Assembly: GCA_008369845.1 (NCBI GenBank)
Contig: MRSU01010611.1
Span: 62,001-84,779 of the forward strand
Length of the DNA: 22,779 nt
DNA from: Trichomonas gallinae
Lineage: Eukaryota
Direction: 5' to 3'
Position 1 is the stretch's first letter, and every line of letters begins with the position of its first letter. The notes below the pieces were generated by a model that saw only the letters and a program-made list of their open reading frames with translations, ran no database searches and was not told the origin of the DNA. Positions 1-9,052 of this stretch are shown one piece after another. Position numbers and translations under genes: made by a program.

Positions 1-669
1 TGCCTCGAGAAGGGCCACGACCACGACATCACGTACAGAAATGGACACAAACTGGGCCACTTCGCGGCTGAAATGGGCAACACAGGCATTTTGTACTTCC
101 TGTACATCTTCAATGCGATCGACATTAACTGCCCGGCACAGTGGGGCATGACTCCTCTCCATCTCGGCGCAAAGCTCGGCTACAACTCCATCGTGAACTT
201 CCTCCTTTCCCTCGATGGAATCTCGGTGAACGCGAGAACAAACAGCGGATGGACTCCGCTCCACCTTTCTGCTATGAAGGGACACATGGGCATTTCCACT
301 GCTCTGCTCAATTTCGAAGGAATAGAAAAGGAGCCAAGAGATTCAGAAGGCAACACTCCATTACACTATGCTGCACAAGAAGGATATTGCGACATCACAT
401 CGCTTTTGATCAAGAAGAACGTCAATGTCAATGTTCAGAACTCTAAAGGACATACTCCACTCCATCTTGCTGCTCTTAAGAATCAAGGCGAAATCGTTGC
501 CTTCCTTCTCAATCAGGAGAAGGTGGATATCAATGTCCGTAACGAGGAAGGACTCACAGCATTCGATCTTGGCAATGAAGCAACAAGACAGTTATTCCTC
601 AACAAATATCCAGACATGAAGCCAACAGAAAAGAAGACTGACATTAAGAAGAAATGCCGCATCTGCTAA
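1..669 (+). CDS. Ankyrin repeat protein (5'-partial) with C-terminal polybasic + CaaX-like tail
   Basis: Repeated ankyrin motifs GMTPLHLGA, GWTPLHLSA, GNTPLHYAA, GHTPLHLAA, GLTAFDLG. The frame is open from base 1 (CLEKGHDHDITYRNGHKLGHFAAEM...), so ATG 73 is probably internal. Ends KKKCRIC*. Confidence 0.95.
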   Translation, partial: CLEKGHDHDITYRNGHKLGHFAAEMGNTGILYFLYIFNAIDINCPAQWGMTPLHLGAKLGYNSIVNFLLSLDGISVNARTNSGWTPLHLSAMKGHMGISTALLNFEGIEKEPRDSEGNTPLHYAAQEGYCDITSLLIKKNVNVNVQNSKGHTPLHLAALKNQGEIVAFLLNQEKVDINVRNEEGLTAFDLGNEATRQLFLNKYPDMKPTEKKTDIKKKCRIC

Positions 670-1195
670 ATCATTTTCTTTTTATTCCGGAGTTTCCATG
701 CGTTTTACGCAAAGAAGAACTACATGAATAGTAAATACATCATTTCTATAATTTTACCCATATTAATTTTATAAACTATCCATTCCTTCTTTTTTATTAA
801 CATTCATTGATACATTTTGATCGAATGAAATTCAGCAATTTTTTTTAATTCGGAATTTAATACGATATCTAACTGGCAACAGAGAATAAAATATAAATAA
901 ATATATACTATGGTATAAACCCTACACAACTATAATAATTGTTATATTATTCTTATTTTGAATACAAAGAAACATTTTAAAATAAACCCAAATCATAATC
1001 ATTCATTTTTAAATTGTGTATATCTATTATCATTGTCCTTAATTTGAAGTATCCTTTGATAAATTGCTAAGACTCATGTTTAGATGGAATCGCGCTTGAT
1101 CTGCAAGAGAATCTATTGAGTAGGAAATTATTTTGACATGTAAAATTTTGTAAATCTCATTTTTCTGTTGTCAGTTTTAAATTATTAAATAATTC

Positions 1196-2089
1196 ATGGC
1201 AACAGAAAAAATCGCGGATCTCAAAGTTAAAATCGAAAAACTAAAAGAAGCAGAGTTAAAACTAAGAAACGAGATCGATGAGGGCAGAATGGAGCTCGAG
1301 CAACTTAATACTTCAATCCAAAGAGGAAATATTGAACTAGATTTGATTAACGATGCTTTTGCACTCAAGTTTGGCGATATAAGTGAATCTGAGAAGCAAT
1401 CCATGTTAAATGCAATGGATCAAGTTAATCAAATTGAAATACTTGAGGCTCAGCTTTCATTAGAGACTGAAAAAGTACGTCAGGCTGAGCTAGAGCTAGA
1501 AAGACTTAAAGGAATTGCACCAACAGCTCCTGTTCAAACTATTGATATTTACGTTTTCGAAAATCAGGAGAAAGAACTTGCAGAGTCATTAAAATCGCAA
1601 AAAATCAGAAATGGCAAACGAGAAAAGAATATTAAACTACTAGATTCTAAAATTGCATCAATTCTTGTAGAATTGGAAGAAATTGATAAGAAAGTCAGCG
1701 AAAGAAAGCAATACGAGCAAGAAGTTGCAGAAAAGCAAAAAGACGCTGATAGTATTCAAGAAGAAATCAATAATTGCTCAAATCAGTATAAATCTCAAAA
1801 TCAAGCTGTAAAAGATATGCAAGACAAACTAGAAGAAGCCAATAAAGAAATTGATGAAATTAACGCTTTAATTGCAGAAAATCAAGATCTCGTCGAAAAT
1901 CATCTTAGAGAAGGATCTGAGCTTCAAAACCTACTTCAATACATTAATGACTCAAATAGTGTCTGGGAACAAAGCAGATTAGACCATATAGCGTTTGAAA
2001 AGAGATCAACTAAAATTAGATCAACTTTAACAGACATGTTACAGCAGATTACATCACTTATTGATGTCATAAAGGCAGAAATGGAATAA
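1196..2089 (+). CDS. Coiled-coil hypothetical protein (297 aa)
   Basis: Long ATG-initiated ORF rich in E/K/Q/L with a heptad pattern; no recognisable domain. Confidence 0.85.
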   Translation: MATEKIADLKVKIEKLKEAELKLRNEIDEGRMELEQLNTSIQRGNIELDLINDAFALKFGDISESEKQSMLNAMDQVNQIEILEAQLSLETEKVRQAELELERLKGIAPTAPVQTIDIYVFENQEKELAESLKSQKIRNGKREKNIKLLDSKIASILVELEEIDKKVSERKQYEQEVAEKQKDADSIQEEINNCSNQYKSQNQAVKDMQDKLEEANKEIDEINALIAENQDLVENHLREGSELQNLLQYINDSNSVWEQSRLDHIAFEKRSTKIRSTLTDMLQQITSLIDVIKAEME

Positions 2090-2420
2090 TTCCGTCAATC
2101 TTTGTTAATAATTTAATTTCCGATATTTTTGACCGATTTCAGGTTTCCTATAGTTACATTATTCTATTAGTATGAAAATTTACTATTTCATGCTTCTCAT
2201 TCCGAAATCAAAAATTCCAAAAGTTTATTTTTGAATTTCTGGACTTGATATCATTTTAATTCAGCTTAAGTGACATGCAAAACGCTATATATTATGTATT
2301 TAAAATAAATTTATATTTTATATAATTATTTATTATTATTTTTTCTTTCATTTGAACAAAATATATATCTCGAAGTTATACACTACAATCAATAGGATAA
2401 TATATATATCTTTAAAAGCT

Positions 2421-2994
2421 TTACAATACAATGAAGATGTATATTTGTATCTTTAATGCAATGGGATATAAATTCACGCATTGAGTTTGAACTATAGAAG
2501 AGTTAGAAATAAATGAACCATATAAATCAAACAAATACAAAACCATCATTAATCTTCCATTGGAATTATGTCCAATTTGAGTTACTTTGAAAAACGAATA
2601 AGCTTTGTAGGCCAAACAGCCAAGATGAAGCTCTTTTCCATAAAAATTCTGATTTCTTTGAGATTGATCATCCAGAATGGTCCAAGTGTTATTATCATTT
2701 GATCCTTCGAATATCCAGCTGCACATGCCATCATTTACATAAGAACTTTTTAAAAAATAATGAGAAGGAACGATTTTGAATTTTTTAACGTAAAAAGTAA
2801 TTGTATTATTTATTTTTTCTAATGTATTCCATGGATTTCTATTTTCTGGTCTTTTGAGGGTGTCAATTGGCGCTAGTTTATCAATATAATATGGAGGAGA
2901 ATAAGCTTCAACTAAATTCGGATAAAGTCCGTAAAATTTGCTTAGACTTCCACCAAGAGATTCGTATTCAGTTGTTAAAGTTATGACTTTTCAT
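2421..2994 (-). pseudogene. F5/8 type C (discoidin/galactose-binding)-like protein; 189-aa open frame whose nearest upstream ATG is one base out of frame
   Basis: By manual translation the frame is open from 2990 to 2421 (KVITLTTEYESLGG...IVPSHYFLKSSYVNDGMCSWIFEGSNDNNTWTILDDQ...YSFFKVTQIGHNSNG...FDLYGSF). SW-x-FEGSND-xx-W-xx-LD is typical of this expanded trichomonad family. There is an in-frame TGA at 2993-2991, and the ATG at 2994-2992 is out of frame by one base. Confidence 0.6.
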
Positions 2995-3113
2995 TTGTAA
3001 AATTTTTCATATTAAATCAATATTGCATTATGACACTTTTGCTGAACATTTTTTGAATATCTAAGTCATGAAATATCGGCGTTTAGTAAAAAATGTCACA
3101 GAAAATAATAAAT

Positions 3114-4442
3114 CTATTGAAGCAATTTCTTTGCGTATAAGAGTCCAACAACGAGCAAGAAAAGAATTACTATTGTGGCAGATGGTCCGAAAACTCTCTC
3201 TGCGATTAAAATAATGACAAAGAAGAGGCAGATGGCCAAGAATTGATTATTATCAATCCAGACCATTGCTGGATGATTTCTGATGGCTGGAGGCAATTCA
3301 CCGAAGAGGTGACTTGTTGGTTCAACACCCTTTGAAACTGGTCTTTCGACAATTTCGATATCCTGAATATATCTCTTCAAAATGCGTGCAGCACGTTGCT
3401 TTGACATTCCTCCGTTTATCGGATCGAGATCATCTGGCTCAATCTTTCCTTCTTCGTCCATTGAAGCGTATTCGTATTCTTCTTCCTCTTCCTTGAGCAA
3501 GAGCTTGAAGTCAATTTCCTCCATGATGATGTCCATGAAGAGGGCGCGGCGATCGAGGGTCTCTGCGCGCTTGATGAATGGATGCTTCAACAAATCGTTT
3601 GGTGTTGGTCTGTTCTTTGGATCCATGGCTGTGCATGCACGGACGAAGTTAACGAAGTCCTGTGTGTACTTGTTTCCGCGGCGGAAGCCTGGGAATCCCT
3701 TTGTAGAAATTTCGACTAATGCGCGTGTGTATGGAAGCTCGGCGTACGGTGGCTGACCTTCAGCAAGCTCAACAGCAGTGATGCCAAGAGACCAGATATC
3801 TGCTGGAAAACCGTAGTGTTCTTCATTCATAATTTCAGGTGCCATCCAGTATGGAGTGCCTGTAATTGTCTGCGTGTTTGCAGCTGATGCGGAGCCGAAC
3901 TGTCTTGAAATACCAAAGTCAGTCAACTTAAACTGGCAGTTTTTGTTGATCAAAATATTGCCAGCCTTAACATCGCGATGTAAGACGCGGAACTGGTTGT
4001 GGAGGATAGTGAGAGCAGTAATCATGTCTTTCATGACGACAGCGATCTGATCTTCATTAAATGTTGTTTTCTTCGCGCGCATTATATCGTGAAGCGATCC
4101 ACGGTCGCAGAATTCAAGAAGGATCATTGGGTTATGGTTAAAATCGATAGAACCGTAGTATTGTACAGTAAATGGCGACATAACTTTTCTCAAGAGGTCA
4201 ACTTCGCGAGCTAAGTGCAATTTGCTGGTCCTGGACATCTTCTCGGCAGTCACTGACTTGCCTGCCATATGAATTCCTGAGGGTATGTGCTCGATTTCGA
4301 AAACATCGCCAAATCCACCAGAACCGATTTGCCTGATTTCCTTGAAGAGCGAGCTGACATCTGTGCCGTCTTCCATGCTCCACTTGAAATCGTGCCCAAT
4401 GTGAGTTATATGCTGAAAGTCTTTCGGTGCAGAAATCTCCAT
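3114..4442 (-). CDS. STE20-family Ser/Thr kinase with N-terminal CRIB motif and two C-terminal hydrophobic helices
   Basis: Kinase motifs GSGGFG, AGK, HRDVKAGN, DFG, GTPYWMAPE (STE20 signature) and DIWSLGIT. N-terminus ISAPKDFQHITHIG matches CRIB. C-terminus has FLAICLFFVIILIA and ATIVILFLLVVGLLYA. Confidence 0.95.
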   Translation of the reverse strand: MEISAPKDFQHITHIGHDFKWSMEDGTDVSSLFKEIRQIGSGGFGDVFEIEHIPSGIHMAGKSVTAEKMSRTSKLHLAREVDLLRKVMSPFTVQYYGSIDFNHNPMILLEFCDRGSLHDIMRAKKTTFNEDQIAVVMKDMITALTILHNQFRVLHRDVKAGNILINKNCQFKLTDFGISRQFGSASAANTQTITGTPYWMAPEIMNEEHYGFPADIWSLGITAVELAEGQPPYAELPYTRALVEISTKGFPGFRRGNKYTQDFVNFVRACTAMDPKNRPTPNDLLKHPFIKRAETLDRRALFMDIIMEEIDFKLLLKEEEEEYEYASMDEEGKIEPDDLDPINGGMSKQRAARILKRYIQDIEIVERPVSKGVEPTSHLFGELPPAIRNHPAMVWIDNNQFLAICLFFVIILIAERVFGPSATIVILFLLVVGLLYAKKLLQ

Positions 4443-4558
4443 TTTTTTTTAATTTTTTTTTTCATGTAAACTTTTTTTTACATAAATAAATTATCGTCTT
4501 GTTAATCTCATTTCAGTTGATTTTTGCAATCTATAACCAATTTTAGAAAGATTTCACA

Positions 4559-4720
4559 CGGAATTTTTCTGTTATTCAGGAATTTTGATGGCACATTTTT
4601 GAAAATCAGCTTTTTTCCAAATTTTTCCTTAAATATATAATTCATACATAAATTCATATCGATATTTAACAAAACTTTTACTCTTTACGTTGAGTTGATC
4701 GGAAATTTTCTGTTGTTCAG
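4559..4720. repeat. 21-bp direct repeat pair upstream of the kinase
   Basis: CGGAATTTTTCTGTTATTCAG (4559-4579) versus CGGAAATTTTCTGTTGTTCAG (4700-4720); 19/21 identical. Confidence 0.7.
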
Positions 4721-5260
4721 AAGGTTATGTTTATCGAATCACTTAAAACTCGTGATTCATTTACCACTCATGCAGTGTATATTACATCTTATTTCACGCT
4801 TTATTTAGATAATATTTTATTTATTCAACAATATATTTTTAATTTTTGACCTCTAACTTCAACACTTCACATATACTATTATAGAAAATAATATTAATAT
4901 ATTGGATAGGCTCTAAAACATATAATTTTGACAAAAAAATAATGTTATCTATGTGAAAATATCGATAATGATAAATATTACATATATAAATTGATTAAAA
5001 TTTTAAAAATTATTGTAAATATATGTCAAAAATCAATCATTTGTGATATGTTTGATGAATTCAATATAACAAATCTGAATTATCAATAGCAGCAATATAT
5101 TAAATAGAATGATTTGCTTAAAGCATTATATAATAGTTATAAATATATGATTAAATATAATAAAACACATTAAGAAAGCATGTATAATATGAATTATCAT
5201 GTAATATAACTAAAAATAACAAAATATTTATCAAACACAAAACAAAACAACAAGAAAAGA

Positions 5261-5788
5261 TTAGTTACGACCGATTGGCGTCCAAGTAATTGGCTGATCT
5301 TCAGATTGACAGATCATCCTGTAGGTGCCATCTTCAGTCTCATCCACTTGAACTGCCAAAGAAGCAGGTCCTTTTAGTGCGAATACCTTTGATTCCTTGT
5401 CTTTCTTGCACAATTGAATGTCTTGATCCGTTACCCATCCTAGATTTGCAAACATATCCGAATTTGTAAGTTCCTCAATCTGAGAATCAAGAAAAGCGCT
5501 GATTTGCAGTAGCTCTGTTTCACTATCTTTAAGAACGCTGTGAATATTTTGTGCATCTCCGTTTGCATTGCGTGCTGTCCATTTTATCTTTGACTTACCA
5601 CATCTTTCAACTAAGCCTATACCCTGCAGAACATTAGTAACATCATAAAGCCTTCTTTTAGAAGCATCAAGTATTTCTGATGCTTTTGATATCTCGATCT
5701 CAGCATCTTTCGAGTTCTTCAAGAGGTTGATGAAGTCCTGAGTGAGAGATGATAGTGATTGCTTCCCCTGCTCACCTTTATCGCTCAT
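5261..5788 (-). CDS. E2F-family transcription factor (winged-helix DNA-binding domain + marked-box-like region)
   Basis: SLSSLTQDFINLL...SKRRLYDVTNVLQGIGLVERCGKSKIKW is the E2F/DP RRxYD signature. VFALKGPASLAVQV and YRMICQSEDQPI resemble the E2F marked box. Confidence 0.92.
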   Translation of the reverse strand: MSDKGEQGKQSLSSLTQDFINLLKNSKDAEIEISKASEILDASKRRLYDVTNVLQGIGLVERCGKSKIKWTARNANGDAQNIHSVLKDSETELLQISAFLDSQIEELTNSDMFANLGWVTDQDIQLCKKDKESKVFALKGPASLAVQVDETEDGTYRMICQSEDQPITWTPIGRN

Positions 5789-5817
5789 CCCCTGCTTTTT
5801 TTTTCTTATATAATTCT

Positions 5818-5825
5818 AAACGGTA
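5818..5825 (-). promoter_or_regulatory. M3-like (Myb-type) core promoter element upstream of E2F
   Basis: TACCGTTT on the minus strand, 30 nt before the ATG, fits the recalled T. vaginalis M3 consensus DRCSGYTD. Confidence 0.4.
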
Positions 5826-6747
5826 TTACAAAAAATTTTTAACGAAAAAAACTTCCGAGACATAAATCTCCGTTTTAAAGCAGAATTGGGCGAAAATATA
5901 TATGGAAAATATCTCTCATAATAACAAATATTGATATTCTAATGTTTAATATAACATGATTGTCTTGATTTTGAATTTTGATTTGGAAAAAATCAATGCA
6001 CAACTCATATTTTTGAATCAAAAAACATAATATAATAGTAAAAATAAATATAAATCTGTAAAGATAAGTTTCAAATTTGATTTTTTCTGCCGAAAACAAA
6101 TTTATCTAAAACAACATTGATTTCATTTAATTTACTCATATATAATACATATATAATAGATGAATAGCTATTTGTAAGTTAATTTTTCATTCGTTGAAGT
6201 CAATTGACAAATTATCTATTATATGATTAAATACTACCATTATATGCATAGATATTCATTGGAATATGGTTAATTTTGCAATAACATGGTTTATGACTTA
6301 AATTTATATTAAAATTTAGCAAAGAAATTGAAATTAGAGCGTTATGAAGTTATAATATGCCTATATAAGGTGCGTATTATATGATATTATCAACAATTTG
6401 GTGTGTGATTACAATTCCCACGGTTCTAGTTTTCATTCTATGGGAAAATTGCATGAAATTATAAGACATGTAAAAAGATGTAATGTAATAGGTGCACTCA
6501 TCTTGCTTCTAAATTCTCCCGTAATTCGGTTCAAATAATTGAAGAATCTAGATTTTTCATAAAGCTCATTGAAATATTTTCTTGTTATAAAAATTTTTGT
6601 GATTAGGTTAGGTTAATGAGAAATTAAAATAATTTCAATCGCTTTTCACTCAAAACCTTTTATAAATTTAATTTACGACTTATCCTGTATTTTTAATTTA
6701 ATCAATAAATGCATGTTATTCGATATTTCAAAATTGAAAAAGATATT

Positions 6748-7110
6748 TTCCTCAATTTTCAAAAAATCAAAAACACATTGTAATCAATCATACATCATTT
6801 TTGCAAAATTTAATTTTAACCTTTTTTCCCATAAATTTCTCAATTTTTCAATGACGAAAAACACTTTAATATTTAAAATCAATCCATATTAATGAATTTA
6901 GATCTTTCTCAATTTTTGAAACCAGAAAAATCAAAGTCAATAAACGATCATATAGCAAAAATATATCATTATTAAATCACTAAAAGTGACTTAATTTTTC
7001 TCAAATTTTGAATTTGGAAAAAATCCAAATATAAAAATGATCAAATAATTATAATATATATATAATAATCAAAAGATTAATTTTTTTCTCAATTCAAAAG
7101 ATGAGAAAAA
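6748..7110. repeat. Degenerate tandem array: five copies of TTTCTCAAwT-N10-GAAAAA, period 69-92 bp
   Basis: Copies start at 6748, 6836, 6905, 6997 and 7085; copy 1 is the most degenerate. The sequence between copies 3 and 4 resembles that between copies 4 and 5. Confidence 0.7.
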
Positions 7111-7147
7111 GAAGAAAATAATAAAATGTATTAATATTAAATAATTA

Positions 7148-7245
7148 AAAGTGACCTAGATCGGATTCAAAAATTGTTAAACCCATCGATATTTTGAAAT
7201 GTTTACAAAACCCTCAACAATTTGAATTATTTTAATCGTACCTTT
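7148..7245 (+). promoter_or_regulatory. M2-like AAAGTGAC (7148-7155; also 6983-6990) and M5-like CCTTT (7241-7245) upstream of the C48 protease
   Basis: Exact matches to recalled trichomonad upstream motifs; both motifs are short, so chance matches are possible. Confidence 0.4.
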
Positions 7246-7281
7246 TTCTCTGAAACTGTTATATTTTTTATTTTTATTATT

Positions 7282-7947
7282 TTGTTCTCCCCTGGATATT
7301 TAGTTGCTCAAAGTGACGACGCTGTCGTCACGTTGGACGACTTAGAATGCCTTAAGATGGGTGAGCGTATAAATGATTCCATTATACACTTTTTATGCAA
7401 TATTGAAGATCATAGGTTCCAGAAGGAAATGATGAAATATAAATTTGTTTCGCCTGCTCTCACTCAGTTACTCCAAAATTCGTCACAGGAATTAGCAGAA
7501 ACTCTTCTCAAAGCTGCAGGTTTATCCAAATTCAATCTAATTTTCTTTCCGATTTCCAATTTGAAAATAGACTCAACATGCCATTGGTCACTACTCGTCT
7601 GGTGCCCAGGAATGAAAAACCAATTTTTGCACTTTGATTCTCTGAAAAATAGAAATGTTGTCCCTGCAAAGAGCTTAGTAACAAAAATCGTAGCATCAAC
7701 AAATATAAAGACATATAAATTCAAAAATATGAAAGGTCCCGTTCAAGATAATACATACGTTTGCGGTATGTACTTAATGGCTGTAATGGACGAGATTGCA
7801 ACCACAAGAAAGATATCTGAGACACTTAAAACAAAGATTACACCAGAATATATCTCAAAATTCCGCGTTGCTTTAACAACATGTATTGTTAACTACAGTA
7901 CTACATCACACGGCTGGGAATATTACAGAAACTCCTTAGTCGAATGA
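7282..7947 (+). CDS. Ulp1/C48 cysteine protease, SENP8/DEN1 (deneddylase)-like; start uncertain (TTG 7282 or ATG 7357)
   Basis: DDLECLKMGERINDSIIHF, IFFPISN, HWSLLV (catalytic His), HFDS (Asp), QDNTYVCG (oxyanion Gln + Cys). It is catalytic-domain-only in size, like SENP8. Confidence 0.85.
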   Translation: MFSPGYLVAQSDDAVVTLDDLECLKMGERINDSIIHFLCNIEDHRFQKEMMKYKFVSPALTQLLQNSSQELAETLLKAAGLSKFNLIFFPISNLKIDSTCHWSLLVWCPGMKNQFLHFDSLKNRNVVPAKSLVTKIVASTNIKTYKFKNMKGPVQDNTYVCGMYLMAVMDEIATTRKISETLKTKITPEYISKFRVALTTCIVNYSTTSHGWEYYRNSLVE

Positions 7948-8692
7948 ATTACCATGTTATAACCCTATATATATTTATATTATTTGTTTGTATATTTTAT
8001 AAATTTTTCTATCCATTTAGTTATTTCCGTATTTCATGCAAGGTCGACAATACAATCCTAATTCTTACATTTATAAAATATACAAACAATGAAATCAAAA
8101 ATATTTTCTTCAACATTTTAGGTTCTACTGAATTACGTATGATATATGATGTATTCATCATGTGCATAAATATATTTCACTGTGATGCATTAATTATTTT
8201 AAGAGAAGACGAACAAAATCTCATAAAGTTTAACATTGCTTCTACAGCTGTATAATATCTGCATATGTATCACACTGCATCTATATTGATGATTTCCATA
8301 ATCTTCTTTTATTATTAAATTAATCTCACTGTCCATTTCAATTTCATAACTTGTTAATCATTCATGATTTATACTCTAGAAGAATTACATAGGTTTTTGA
8401 TAGAGTTTTTCAAATAAATCTTTTCAGAGAAAAATGAATGTCTAATATACAATGGTATTGGATTATCAATAATTTAGAGCTCATGATATATACAAATATC
8501 ATTCAATATCAATTTCTTGTACTATTTTTGTTGATTGAATAATTAATCGTAATATATTCTTTTCTTGTTATATTTTCAGTGGAAAAGTGATATTTATCTT
8601 ATTTTTGCACCATTCAGTTTACAAACAAATGATATATTTTTGCTGCTATTTGCTACAAACCAAGATTTATTTTTATCTATTGATTTGCAGAT

Positions 8693-8990
8693 GATAATAT
8701 ATATTTTTCTCATTATAGATTAACTACATAGTAATGATTGAGTCTATATTCATACTATAGCATATATAGCAATCTGATATAAAAATTTGATGATAATAAT
8801 ATCTTATGGTAATGCATATTTTTCTCATTATAGATTAATTATAAAGCTGTTGTAGAATCTATATTTATACTATATAATATATAAAAAAATAAATATTTTT
8901 AGTGTAAATAATTTCATACGATAACATATATTTTTCTCATCAAAACTAAAACAAGTAGCTGTAGTATGTTATGTATATCCATATAATTAA
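8693..8990. repeat. About three copies of a 112-115 bp degenerate tandem repeat
   Basis: ATATTTTTCTCAT occurs at 8701, 8816 and 8928. Copies 1 and 2 share ATATTTTTCTCATTATAGATTAA and TCTATATTyATACTATA. Confidence 0.85.
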
Positions 8991-9014
8991 AGATAAAATC
9001 AAAGAAACACAAAA

Positions 9015-9022
9015 AACGGTTT
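9015..9022 (+). promoter_or_regulatory. M3-like element upstream of EFHC/Rib72
   Basis: AACGGTTT fits DRCSGYTD, 30 nt before ATG 9053, and is followed by TCATC at 9025. Confidence 0.45.
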
Positions 9023-9052
9023 TTTCATCCGTTAGAAAGAAAAAAGTTATAA

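Noticed and set aside
699..711. TGCGT-TTT-ACGCA hairpin in the ankyrin 3' region
   Set aside because: A 5-bp stem is expected by chance.
5875..6099. 74-aa minus-strand ORF
   Set aside because: Non-ATG start and F/I-rich translation of AT-rich intergenic DNA.
6748..7110. CRISPR-like repeat-spacer appearance
   Set aside because: The repeats are degenerate, the spacers vary from 43 to 66 nt and resemble each other, there are no cas genes, and the context is eukaryotic.
7222..7281. Hydrophobic N-terminus (VIFFIFIILF) of the track's 241-aa protease ORF as a signal or TM segment
   Set aside because: It starts at TTG and is the translation of a T-rich UTR-like tract; probably not coding.
7199..7303. 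Intron joining ATG 7199 to the protease frame
   Set aside because: No trichomonad-type branch point/3' splice motif (ACTAAC...AG), and the ATG frame stops at 7223-7225, before the GTA at 7238.
7944..8690. 103-aa ORF at 7944-8255 and a possible decayed gene downstream
   Set aside because: Low-complexity F/I/Y composition overlapping the protease 3' end; no recognisable homology in the frames I read.
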